Positions 47,159 to 57,026 of a stretch of 64,000 nt of DNA are shown piece by piece. Position numbers and translations under genes: made by a program. Below the pieces are notes generated by a model. It was not told where the DNA came from and searched no databases. It saw nothing but the letters and a program-made list of their open reading frames with translations. This DNA is from Candidatus Woesearchaeota archaeon (GTDB lineage: Archaea > Nanobdellota > Nanobdellia > Woesearchaeales > UBA583): the NCBI GenBank assembly GCA_965205335.1, contig OZ242164.1, forward strand, positions 160,001-224,000, in the 5' to 3' direction. Each line of letters begins with the position of its first letter. Position 1 is the first letter of the stretch.

Positions 47159-48901
47159 ATGTGCGGAATAATTGCAAGAATGTCAAGGGATTTGTGTCCG
47201 ATAAAAACACTTGAAGGATTGAAATTTCTTGAATACAGGGGTTATGATTCATACGGAATTCTCCTGTCAAATGAAAAAGAAGAAAAACTCCAAAAAGACA
47301 TTGGAGAACTACCAAAAGAACAAATTGAAAAACTGAAAAACTTCAAGTCAAACATTGAAATAGGACACACAAGATGGGCAACCCATGGAAGAGTCACAAA
47401 AACGAATGCCCACCCCCACTTTGACAAAGACAAAAAATTCTACGTAGTAATGAATGGAATAATTGAAAATTACCTTGACATTAAAACAAAATTCAAAAAC
47501 AAAATAAACTTCATATCAGAATCAGACACAGAAGTAATCCCCCAATTATACTCATACTTTATCAAAGAGACAAAAGACTCCAAATCAGACTTACTACTTG
47601 TAACAAAAAAAATACTGAAAAAACTAAAAGGAGAATTCTCATTTATTATAAAATACAAAAATATTCTTCTTGCATACAAAAACATCAACCCTATAATAGT
47701 TGGAACAAAGAAAAACGAAATAATAATCTCATCAGACATCGGACTTGTTCAAAACAACTCTCAAAAACACAATATACTAAACGACAACGAAATACTAATA
47801 GCCGCCTTTGAAGAAGGTAAAACTAATTCTTCCCTTCTACATAACTTCAAAAAAATAACACCCAAATGGAGAAAATCAGTAAAATCCATAATGACTGTAA
47901 ACAAAGAACACAAGACATTTATGGAAAAAGAAATATACGAACAAAAATACATTAGAAACCTAATAACAAGTGAAAATCTATCATCTGTAAACTACTTAAA
48001 AAACACAATAAAAAACAAAAAAAACTTAGTCCTTACTGCTGCTGGAACATCATACTACGCTGCATACTATATGCACTATATGCTCCTTGAAGAAGGAATA
48101 AACTCAAATGTAATCCTTGCATCAGAACTAAACAACTATACAAAAGTAATCCAAAATTCAACAATTGTAGTACTCTCTCAGTCAGGCGAAACAGCAGATT
48201 TAATCCATCCACTAAAAGCACTTCGGGATGAAAATGACATCTTCACGATAACAAACACCCCAAGCTCAACACTTGACAGATTCGCATCAAGAAGCATTTA
48301 TCTAAACTGCGGAAGAGAAATTGCAGTTGCGGCAACAAAATCATTCTCATCCCAGATATTTGTAACATACCTTCTAAAACAAAAACTATCAGGAGAAAAA
48401 ATTATAGAAAAACTAAACAAATACGAAAAAGAATTTGACAAAGTCCTTGCAAAAAACAAACCGATAATTAAAGAAATCTGCAAAAGATTCAAAAAATCAA
48501 AAGACTTCTTTTTCATTGGAAGAGGCAAAAACCACCCCCTTGCATTAGAAGGAGCCCTGAAACTAAAAGAAATATCTTACATCCACGCAGAAGGCTTCGC
48601 AGGAGGCGAACTAAAACACGGAACATTAGCCCTAATTGAAAAAGGAGTTCCAGTAGTTGCTCTTGGGGATTCAGAAGACATAATATCTAACGCAATTGAG
48701 ATTAAAACACGTGGAGGGGTCATTATTGGAATATCAAGCAAAAAATCAGCTATTTTTGACTACCATCTGTCCATTCCAAAATACTACGAAGAGATATTTA
48801 TGACCGTTCTAATGCAACAACTCTCATTTGAGATGACCCTTAAACTTGGATACAATCCTGATAAACCAAGAAACCTTGCAAAAAGTGTAACTGTAAAATA
48901 A
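47159..48901 (+). CDS. glmS: Glutamine-fructose-6-phosphate transaminase
   Basis: MCGI, EYRGYDS, GHTRWATHG, SQSGETAD, ELKHG, PRNLAKSVTV. Confidence 0.97.
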   Translation: MCGIIARMSRDLCPIKTLEGLKFLEYRGYDSYGILLSNEKEEKLQKDIGELPKEQIEKLKNFKSNIEIGHTRWATHGRVTKTNAHPHFDKDKKFYVVMNGIIENYLDIKTKFKNKINFISESDTEVIPQLYSYFIKETKDSKSDLLLVTKKILKKLKGEFSFIIKYKNILLAYKNINPIIVGTKKNEIIISSDIGLVQNNSQKHNILNDNEILIAAFEEGKTNSSLLHNFKKITPKWRKSVKSIMTVNKEHKTFMEKEIYEQKYIRNLITSENLSSVNYLKNTIKNKKNLVLTAAGTSYYAAYYMHYMLLEEGINSNVILASELNNYTKVIQNSTIVVLSQSGETADLIHPLKALRDENDIFTITNTPSSTLDRFASRSIYLNCGREIAVAATKSFSSQIFVTYLLKQKLSGEKIIEKLNKYEKEFDKVLAKNKPIIKEICKRFKKSKDFFFIGRGKNHPLALEGALKLKEISYIHAEGFAGGELKHGTLALIEKGVPVVALGDSEDIISNAIEIKTRGGVIIGISSKKSAIFDYHLSIPKYYEEIFMTVLMQQLSFEMTLKLGYNPDKPRNLAKSVTVK

Positions 48902-48903
48902 AT

Positions 48904-49236
48904 ATGGAAATCAAAACAAAAAACATAAAATCAACTGGAATAAAAGTAATATGCGAAATAGACAAAAAAGAAGTTGGAAGAGCATACTTATACATTATGA
49001 AAAACGACTTGCACAAAAGACCCTTTGGATATTTAGAAGATTTATTTGTTGAAAAAGAATTCAGAGGACAAGGAATCTCCAAAAAAATCCTAAACAAAAC
49101 ATTTGAACTATCAAAAGAGAATAACTGCTACAAATTAGTATGCGCATCAAGATATAGAAAAGAAGAACTTCACAAATATTATGAAAGTTTAGGATTTAAA
49201 ATAACAGGTAAATCATTTAGAATGAACTTTGACTAA
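48904..49236 (+). CDS. GNAT acetyltransferase, GNA1-like
   Basis: GYLEDLFV..EFRGQG, NCYKL, YESLGF; 2 bp after glmS. Confidence 0.8.
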   Translation: MEIKTKNIKSTGIKVICEIDKKEVGRAYLYIMKNDLHKRPFGYLEDLFVEKEFRGQGISKKILNKTFELSKENNCYKLVCASRYRKEELHKYYESLGFKITGKSFRMNFD

Positions 49237-49316
49237 ACATATTCTTCAAACTTTTTTGTTTCTAATTATTAAGTAGCAAGTAAATAATATAAAACCATTT
49301 TAACCCTCCATTTTTA

Positions 49317-50573
49317 ATGAAAATATTAATGCTTGGTTGGGAATTTCCACCATTTTTTGCAGGAGGAGTAGGAATAGTTTGCTATGAACTAACAAAAGCA
49401 TTATGTGAATTTGATGATTTGGAAATTGAATACGTTATGGCTTATGGAATTGAAAACCAAAGTATCTCTGATAAAATCAAATTAACATCTGCTAATGAGT
49501 TAGGAGCAGGACAAGAGAACTTAAAAATCAATAAAATCAAGACTCTTCTCTATTCATACGATAACAATGAATATTACAAGCAAAGATACAAAAGAATCCT
49601 TGAAGATAAAAAAAATACAAACAGCAATAAATCCCTAAAAGAAATCTATGGGAAAAACTTACTCTATGAAGTTTACTTATACTCTCAACGAATTGCAGAC
49701 AATTACAAAGATGGAGAGTTTGACATAATCCATGCTCATGACTGGACAACAGTCCCTGCGGCTCTTCTTCTTAAAAAACTAACAAAAAAACCTGTTGTAT
49801 TTCATGTTCACATAACAGAATTAGATAAAACAGGAGGAATGGGAGGATGGGAAGAAGTTTTCAAAATTGAAAGATTAGGATTTGAGCAAGTTGACATTTT
49901 AATTGCAGTTTCAAACTTTGTTAAAAACAGGCTAATAAATGATTACAAAGTAGACCCTAACAAAATCAGAGTCATTCACAACGGAGGGATTTCAGACTTA
50001 AAGCCAAGCCTTACCTCAAATAATAATTTACTCCCGAACTCAAAAGTAGTTTTATTTGCAGGAAGAATGACTCTTCAAAAAGGCCCAAGACACTTTCTAA
50101 TTACAGCAAAAAAAGTCCTTGAATACAACCCAGATGTTTCATTTGTTATGATTGGGAGTGGGGACATGCTCTCAGAAGTAATTGAATTTGCAGTTGAATT
50201 GGGAATTTCCAAAAATGTATTCTTCCACGGACAATACAACCGTGATGAAGCAAACCAGTTCTTTGAAAGAGCAGATGTGTTTGTTATGCCATCAATATCT
50301 GAACCATTTGGCATAGTTTCAATTGAAGCTATATCCAAAGGAACTCCCTCAATCATCTCAAAACAATCGGGAATATCAGAAGTATTGCAAAATGTATTCA
50401 AAGTTGATTTCTGGGACTGCGATGAAATGGCTCACAAAATCCTCGCTTTACTGCAATATCCAACACTCCACTCACACATGAGAAATGCGGCATTTTCTGA
50501 AATTGACAAATTCAGTTGGAACAAACCAGCAAAAAAATGCTATAACTTGTATAAAGAACTAAACAAAAATTAA
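49317..50573 (+). CDS. GT4 glycosyltransferase (glycogen cluster)
   Basis: GWEFPP..GG.G, HAHDW, QKGP, SEPFG..EA. Confidence 0.9.
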   Translation: MKILMLGWEFPPFFAGGVGIVCYELTKALCEFDDLEIEYVMAYGIENQSISDKIKLTSANELGAGQENLKINKIKTLLYSYDNNEYYKQRYKRILEDKKNTNSNKSLKEIYGKNLLYEVYLYSQRIADNYKDGEFDIIHAHDWTTVPAALLLKKLTKKPVVFHVHITELDKTGGMGGWEEVFKIERLGFEQVDILIAVSNFVKNRLINDYKVDPNKIRVIHNGGISDLKPSLTSNNNLLPNSKVVLFAGRMTLQKGPRHFLITAKKVLEYNPDVSFVMIGSGDMLSEVIEFAVELGISKNVFFHGQYNRDEANQFFERADVFVMPSISEPFGIVSIEAISKGTPSIISKQSGISEVLQNVFKVDFWDCDEMAHKILALLQYPTLHSHMRNAAFSEIDKFSWNKPAKKCYNLYKELNKN

Positions 50574-50635
50574 AAGTCTAGTATTTACTCTCAGTGAAAA
50601 TTCAACTATAAATAACAAAGAGCATTCCCTTTTAT

Positions 50636-51871
50636 ATGGTCGCAGTATGCTTCTACTTTCAGGTTCATCAACCCTTTAGAATAAAGCCATATAAAATATT
50701 TGACATAGGACATGATAGCAAGTATTTTGACAAACAAAAAAACATAGAAATAATGGATAAAGTAGCAAACAAGTGTTATCTCCCTATGAATTACCTGCTT
50801 CTTGAACTAATAAACAAACACAAAGGAAAATTTAAAGTTGCATTCTCAATCTCAGGAGTTGCAATAGAACAAATGGAAAAATATGCTCCCCATGTTCTTG
50901 AGTCATTCAAAAAATTATCCCGAAGCGGATGCGTTGAATTTCTCTCTGAAACATATCATCACTCCCTTAGTTTCTTGTACTCAAAAGAAGAATTTAAAGA
51001 ACAAATTAAAATACATAACAAAAAAATAAAAGAACATTTTAACGTCAAGCCTAAAATTTTCAGAAACACTGAATTAGCTTATTCAAACGAACTAGGCAAT
51101 TTCATTGAGAACATGGGATACAAAGGAGTTTTAGCCGAGGGCTGGGATCCCATTCTTGGATACAGGTCAGCAAACTATCTATACAAGCCAAAAAACTCAA
51201 AAAAAAAAATTTCTTTATTTCTAAAAAACTACAAACTATCAGATGACATAGCATTTAGATTCTCAAACAAAGCATGGGAACAATGGCCTCTTACAACCGA
51301 GAAATTTTCCCATTGGATTAACCGAGCAAATGGAAATGGAGAGATAATAAATCTATTTATGGACTACGAAACATTTGGAGAACACCAATGGGAAGATACA
51401 GGAATTTTTGAATTTATGAAACAACTCCCTCAAGAAATTCTTAAAAACCCCCACAACTCATTTGTAACACCATCAGAAGCAATCAAAAGATTTGAAAAAA
51501 GAGATGAAATAGACATTCCTCATATACTAACATGGGCGGATACTGAAAGAGACTTATCAGCATGGCTTGGAAACAATTTGCAAAACGAAGCCAGTTATGA
51601 AATATTCAAAATGGAAAAAGATGTAAAAGAACTCAAAGACAAAGAAATACTTGAAAAATGGAGAAAACTTACAACATCAGATCATTTCTATTATATGAGC
51701 ACTAAATACTCAGAAGATGGAGACGTTCACAAATATTTCTCAGCATACGACTCACCATATGATGCATACGTGTATTTCATGAACATAATGCGTGACTTGA
51801 AAATGAGAGTTGCTCAATTAAAAGAAAAAAAAAGGGAACTAAAAACCAATAAAGTAAGCAATATTTCTTAA
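50636..51871 (+). CDS. GH57 alpha-amylase
   Basis: FQVHQP, ETYHHSL, FRNTEL, FMDYETFGEH, TSDHFYYM. Confidence 0.93.
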   Translation: MVAVCFYFQVHQPFRIKPYKIFDIGHDSKYFDKQKNIEIMDKVANKCYLPMNYLLLELINKHKGKFKVAFSISGVAIEQMEKYAPHVLESFKKLSRSGCVEFLSETYHHSLSFLYSKEEFKEQIKIHNKKIKEHFNVKPKIFRNTELAYSNELGNFIENMGYKGVLAEGWDPILGYRSANYLYKPKNSKKKISLFLKNYKLSDDIAFRFSNKAWEQWPLTTEKFSHWINRANGNGEIINLFMDYETFGEHQWEDTGIFEFMKQLPQEILKNPHNSFVTPSEAIKRFEKRDEIDIPHILTWADTERDLSAWLGNNLQNEASYEIFKMEKDVKELKDKEILEKWRKLTTSDHFYYMSTKYSEDGDVHKYFSAYDSPYDAYVYFMNIMRDLKMRVAQLKEKKRELKTNKVSNIS

Positions 51872-53727
51872 CAATTAGGATTACATCTCTTAAACAGTTT
51901 ATCTACCATTTCAATATATGACGTGCTGCTCCATAACTGAGCATAACATCCTTGAGGCTTCTGCTCCTTTGCTGAACTAATCTCTGAACCAAAGCCAATG
52001 CAACCAAGTTCTAAAATATCCTTAGTTGAACTAAGTAGAAGATTATTAATTTCCTTTCTATATTTCTTTCCATTAAAATCATCTAAAACAATTGCTGCAA
52101 TATTATTAATCCAGTACCATGAATCTCCATTATGATAACTCAAATTATTTTCACCTGTATAAGAATCCTTGAAATTAGGATCTTTCTTTGAAAGAGAAGA
52201 AACACCCCCCCAATCGGTTTTCATAACTTTCAGTGCATTATCAAATACCATCTCCCAATCCTCACTTGTCAAAAAATATTTATAAAAATAATAAGCCAAA
52301 AATACATTGCACGACAACCTATCAATCATTGGTTCATCATATAAATTTCCACTTCTAAAATAGATACTTGCTATATGTGAACTGAACTCTTTCTCAAACT
52401 CTGAGAAATTGCTCTCATCCTCCCACTTCCCTAAAATTCTTGCAAACGAAGTAATATTACTTACAAAACCAAGCAATTGAACCAAAATATCCAAAGGATA
52501 ATCCAACGGAATAGTATCCATCCATGAATCTCCTCTATCAACTCTTAGAAGACTAACTTCCCTATCCCAGTTCCTTCTTAGAATCGCTCTAAAAGAACTT
52601 ACGAATTTATTATAAATTTCCTCAAGTTCATAATTACTAAAATACTTATAAAGTTCCTCTCTCTTCTTTAGAGTCTTTATAAAATCAGTAAACCTTTTTG
52701 ATAACCAAAAAACTGAATCAGGAGAACAATTTGAACCATCCTTATCAATAATCTTCAAACTACCATCCTCATCAATATTTTTAATATAATGCATTAACCT
52801 GCCCCTGACATAATCAAATTCTCCATTTGAAATAAAAGCCCAAATACTTACAAGTTCATCCCTTGACCAGACATCAGAAAACCAAGGAATTCCTGCAAAA
52901 GCTCCACTTCCATTTAAAAACTTATAAACAGCATTATTTGACAATTTATATGCTAAATTAACATTTGCAGTCATTAACCTTTTAAATTTTTTATCCTCTA
53001 ATAATTTCTGTGTGTTTTGAGCATCGGAAAAATAAGTTTTCTCAAAATTTAACCTTGCCCTACAAACCTTTGATATTGCCTCATCTCTTAAAAGACTTAC
53101 TGCAAATATTATCTCTTCCTCTGATTTAACCTTAAACATTAAAGCCTTAAAAACATACAAATCAAACAAAGAATCTCTTTCCTGCGAATAAGAATACTTC
53201 TTATTAACCCATTTTTTAATTTCCTCAATTTCCAAGTTCTCTGTTTCAAATGCCAAATACACTTTATAATCAACACTCTCTCCATTTTTCTTAATGTATT
53301 CTATTACGCAGATACCATTCTCATAACTAATATTATAGAATCTTCCCATATCAGAAAAATCATCAGATTTTCTTGCATCTAAATCCAATTCAATCCAAAC
53401 AGGGTTATTTGTTGAATAAAACAAAACTTCATCAGAACTCACATAGAATTTATCATAAAATCCATCAAAGAATCTTCTTACCTCAAGCCCTGAATACTTT
53501 ACCTCAACAGGCTCTTTTTGAGAAGATACTATAAACTCATCAATTACTTTGTAAGTTTGCTTTGAGTTAGAATCATAAAATGAATAACCCTGAAACTTGC
53601 ATGAATTTCTCACAACTCCCAAATTCAAAAAACCACCTTTGCAGTCAGTCAGGAAAAAATTAGAATTAATCAAATCTTTTGTTTCAAATGATACAGTATC
53701 AAGAATGAAATCATATGAAATCTTCAT
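51868..53727 (-). CDS. Amylo-alpha-1,6-glucosidase (glycogen debranching)
   Basis: AGIPWF..WSRD, SWMDT, SYHNGDSW, AQLWS. Confidence 0.85.
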   Translation of the reverse strand: MKISYDFILDTVSFETKDLINSNFFLTDCKGGFLNLGVVRNSCKFQGYSFYDSNSKQTYKVIDEFIVSSQKEPVEVKYSGLEVRRFFDGFYDKFYVSSDEVLFYSTNNPVWIELDLDARKSDDFSDMGRFYNISYENGICVIEYIKKNGESVDYKVYLAFETENLEIEEIKKWVNKKYSYSQERDSLFDLYVFKALMFKVKSEEEIIFAVSLLRDEAISKVCRARLNFEKTYFSDAQNTQKLLEDKKFKRLMTANVNLAYKLSNNAVYKFLNGSGAFAGIPWFSDVWSRDELVSIWAFISNGEFDYVRGRLMHYIKNIDEDGSLKIIDKDGSNCSPDSVFWLSKRFTDFIKTLKKREELYKYFSNYELEEIYNKFVSSFRAILRRNWDREVSLLRVDRGDSWMDTIPLDYPLDILVQLLGFVSNITSFARILGKWEDESNFSEFEKEFSSHIASIYFRSGNLYDEPMIDRLSCNVFLAYYFYKYFLTSEDWEMVFDNALKVMKTDWGGVSSLSKKDPNFKDSYTGENNLSYHNGDSWYWINNIAAIVLDDFNGKKYRKEINNLLLSSTKDILELGCIGFGSEISSAKEQKPQGCYAQLWSSTSYIEMVDKLFKRCNPNC

Positions 53728-53829
53728 AAAAACAAGAGTTGCAAAAATTTTATATAAAATCCTCTTAATTATTAAGTAAATAATAAATTATTTCAAAATT
53801 TAGGAATGTGGATTAAATATAAAAACCCA

Positions 53830-54543
53830 CTACTTCTCTCCTTTAGAACCTTTTCTGAATTTAAAAATATAAATAAAGAAACAAGAAATCATACTTCCAA
53901 TTCCTTCCAAGAGCATATCCTTTTGTGCATCCCACACATCCCCTTGCGAACCTAAAACTCCACCATATATTTTCTCCTCAAAATGAATAGAATAACCCCA
54001 CTCCAAAATCTCATAAATCGCCCCGGTTGCAAAAGCAAAAAGAACTATGCATAGCAAAGTGAACAATGAATTCTTCTTCAAAAGTTTTTTCTCTGTTAAA
54101 AGTTCATAAGCAGGTAAGGTAAGCAAAAGCCCAAACGAAAAATGAATTATTCTATCATAATGATTTCTACCAAGATTAAATAACTCGCTTAGAAAAAACC
54201 CTAAAGGAACTTCCGCATAAGAATAATGAGCTCCAATTGTCTGAAAAATTCCTATTAAAAAAATCATAAAATAAGATATCCTTGAAAATCGAAACTTCTT
54301 ATAAGTAAAAATTAAAACAAACAAAAAAATAACAAACAGGACATTTTCAGAAACCCAAACACTCCTATAATTAGGATTAATTGCTAAGGCAGTCCAAAAA
54401 ATTAAAAAAATAATTAACAGAATCTTTTCAAAATTTAATTTCATATCCTGAGCACCCTTTAAAGAATTTGATTTCTTATCTGACATCTGAAAAATAAATA
54501 TTCTCCTGCCTTTAAAAATATTATCATAATCTATTAAAAACAC
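53830..54543 (-). CDS. DUF2238 (YjdF-like) membrane protein; true start probably internal
   Basis: IGAHYSYAEVP, RNHYDR..HF..G, YEILEW, LGSQGDVWDAQKDM. Confidence 0.88.
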   Translation of the reverse strand: MFLIDYDNIFKGRRIFIFQMSDKKSNSLKGAQDMKLNFEKILLIIFLIFWTALAINPNYRSVWVSENVLFVIFLFVLIFTYKKFRFSRISYFMIFLIGIFQTIGAHYSYAEVPLGFFLSELFNLGRNHYDRIIHFSFGLLLTLPAYELLTEKKLLKKNSLFTLLCIVLFAFATGAIYEILEWGYSIHFEEKIYGGVLGSQGDVWDAQKDMLLEGIGSMISCFFIYIFKFRKGSKGEK

Positions 54544-54546
54544 ACC

Positions 54547-56187
54547 CTACAATTTCTTTATCGCAAAATCATATGCTCTCAAGTAGTTCTCAATAAACAC
54601 AGACCAATCATATTTTAAAGCAAGTTTCTTTGCAACACCTCTGCGAAAAGACTTTGCTTCATCACTCTCTTGCAAAAAACTATCAAGCATAAAACATAAA
54701 TCATCAATAGCACATTCCTCACTGCAATTAATCCTATCAAGCACTAAAGCACCTGAACACAAACTCCCATGAACTGACTCAATAGTTTGCCCAAAACCTG
54801 CAAGATTAGAAGTTATCGCAGGAACGCTAAACGAAATGCTCTCAAGAGGTGTATATCCCCAAGGTTCATAATATGACGGAAAAACTCCTAAATCACAGCC
54901 TGAAATAAACTCATAATATTCTCTATTAAAAGCCCTATCAGAACCATCAAGAAGAACAGGAATTAAAATATTTCTAACCTTATCATCACTACAATTCTCT
55001 AGTCCATTCTCTCTTAAACACCTTATAATATCATGCTCTTCTATGCAATGTGTTGAAAGAGGAGTTTTAAAACCTCCATCAATTTTCTCTTCATTATAAT
55101 TTGCAGTTGAATCAAATATCTGAGAATTTAACTCAAAATCCCCTATGATTACAATAAAAAAATTCAACACCTCCATCTCTGACTTTTCATTCTTTAACTT
55201 TTCATTTAACCTTGAAAGAGCCTTTATGTAAATATCATATCCCTTGTTCCTAAACTCATTTCTCCCACTTGTATAAAAAATCTTAGTTTTGCTTGTATCA
55301 ATCTCATAAAAATTACTAAAATACAATTCAATAAAATGATTTGTTATTTCCCTTGAATTCCTGAACTTCCCATCACCCCATGCTAATCCATCAACATTCT
55401 GATTATTAAACCCATTGTACAATAAAACATCAGCTTCCTTTCCATATAATGCTCTTGCCTCATTATTTGTAACATCTGATACTGTTGTAAAACAATCCGA
55501 AATATGAGCCAAAACTCTCTCTGTCTGATGCTTAGTATGAACACCCATATCATAAGCATATCTCTGAGGATTTATTACATTCTGTATACTTCTAAGATCT
55601 TCCCCATGAGATGAAATTGTTCTTCCAAGCATCGTTGCATGGGTTGTAAAAATGCATTTGAACTTACGAATTTCCTTCATTTTAAAATATAATATAGTCC
55701 CTCCACTCATCCATTCATGAGCATGAACTAATACATTTTCATCATTATCCTCATTTAATTTCTCAATAACTATTCCACAGCACCACGACCAGAGAATTGC
55801 TTCATCATAATCATGCCAGTCTGAATTCAAAGAATCAATCTCATATCTCTTCCATAACTTCTTTTTAATATCATCTATATTCTCACTATAACTCATATAA
55901 TCAACTAATATAACATTTTTATCTCCTGAAATATCTGTTGTTCCAAAATGAACCTTTATTCCCATAGACTCTAATTCCTTTACTTTTTCAGTTAGATTTT
56001 GAGGAACTTCTGTTTCATAAAAAGTCTTTTTTGAAGACTCAAAGTAAGGACCTACCATATAATAATCTCTAACTTTATCCACAATATATGGAACTTTAGA
56101 ACTTATGACTGTAAAAATTCCCCCTTGCTTATTGCAAACTTCCCAAGAAACCTCATACAATACAGAATCTATTCTCATACAATCCAA
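54547..56187 (-). CDS. GT3-type glycogen synthase
   Basis: EVSWEVCNKQGGI, HAHEWM, FTTHATMLGR, SGRNEFRNKG, FPSYYEPWGYTPLES. Confidence 0.9.
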   Translation of the reverse strand: MDCMRIDSVLYEVSWEVCNKQGGIFTVISSKVPYIVDKVRDYYMVGPYFESSKKTFYETEVPQNLTEKVKELESMGIKVHFGTTDISGDKNVILVDYMSYSENIDDIKKKLWKRYEIDSLNSDWHDYDEAILWSWCCGIVIEKLNEDNDENVLVHAHEWMSGGTILYFKMKEIRKFKCIFTTHATMLGRTISSHGEDLRSIQNVINPQRYAYDMGVHTKHQTERVLAHISDCFTTVSDVTNNEARALYGKEADVLLYNGFNNQNVDGLAWGDGKFRNSREITNHFIELYFSNFYEIDTSKTKIFYTSGRNEFRNKGYDIYIKALSRLNEKLKNEKSEMEVLNFFIVIIGDFELNSQIFDSTANYNEEKIDGGFKTPLSTHCIEEHDIIRCLRENGLENCSDDKVRNILIPVLLDGSDRAFNREYYEFISGCDLGVFPSYYEPWGYTPLESISFSVPAITSNLAGFGQTIESVHGSLCSGALVLDRINCSEECAIDDLCFMLDSFLQESDEAKSFRRGVAKKLALKYDWSVFIENYLRAYDFAIKKL

Positions 56188-56245
56188 TCAAAAAAACGCT
56201 AATTAAAAATTCTTATTAATCAAACAGTTGTAAACAAAAAATTGA

Positions 56246-56842
56246 CTATTTTTTGATAAAAAGACCCGAATCCCCAACTTTCTGAATCAACGAAAAATTG
56301 TCAGATTCATAATCATTATATATTTTTCTTAAAGTTTGAATCAATAATTTACTTTCAAATTCTCTTTTCGAAGCTAAATATTTTTTTCTTCTAGCTTCTT
56401 CTCCTTGTAGGACTTGTAGGGTCTTCTGGTACATTACACTTACTCCCGTCACATTCTCATATCCTCTAATCATATTCTCATCTTCTCTCCTTATGTCTTC
56501 ATATTCTTTCCGTGCCTCTAATAATCCTAAAAAATTTAACAAACCTGCAAACAAATTTCTAATTTTTTTATTATTCCGCTTAAGAAGTATTTTTCTTTCA
56601 CTATCCAGCTTAATACCTCCCAGCGAATAATAACTCTCCTTAAGAATTTCAATGTTCTTCTCTGCCATTTTAGTAAGACTTTTCTTAAATAGCCCTTTGC
56701 TAAATCTTTTGTCATATCCCTTGCACAAATTTAAAATCTGCTTCTCATAAGCTAAAAAACCTAGCATCTCATTAACTGTAAATTCATGACCAGTTGTCAA
56801 TTTCTCCTGAAGATCTCTTATTTTATCACTTAAATTTCTCAT
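56246..56842 (-). CDS. Hypothetical protein
   Basis: 198-aa ORF with ATG start, no motif recognised. Confidence 0.55.
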   Translation of the reverse strand: MRNLSDKIRDLQEKLTTGHEFTVNEMLGFLAYEKQILNLCKGYDKRFSKGLFKKSLTKMAEKNIEILKESYYSLGGIKLDSERKILLKRNNKKIRNLFAGLLNFLGLLEARKEYEDIRREDENMIRGYENVTGVSVMYQKTLQVLQGEEARRKKYLASKREFESKLLIQTLRKIYNDYESDNFSLIQKVGDSGLFIKK

Positions 56843-57026
56843 TTTTCACATTATAACCAAAGTTACATCTAGTTTTTATCTTTTTTATATATATATATGT
56901 TAACTAAGAAGTAGTATCTCCTTGTAAAATCGGCACTTAAGAAATTTTTTGATATGAAAAATTACAAACCGAACTTATACAAGTAAAATTTATAAAGAGT
57001 ACACATCTAAAATAATTTATACTACT

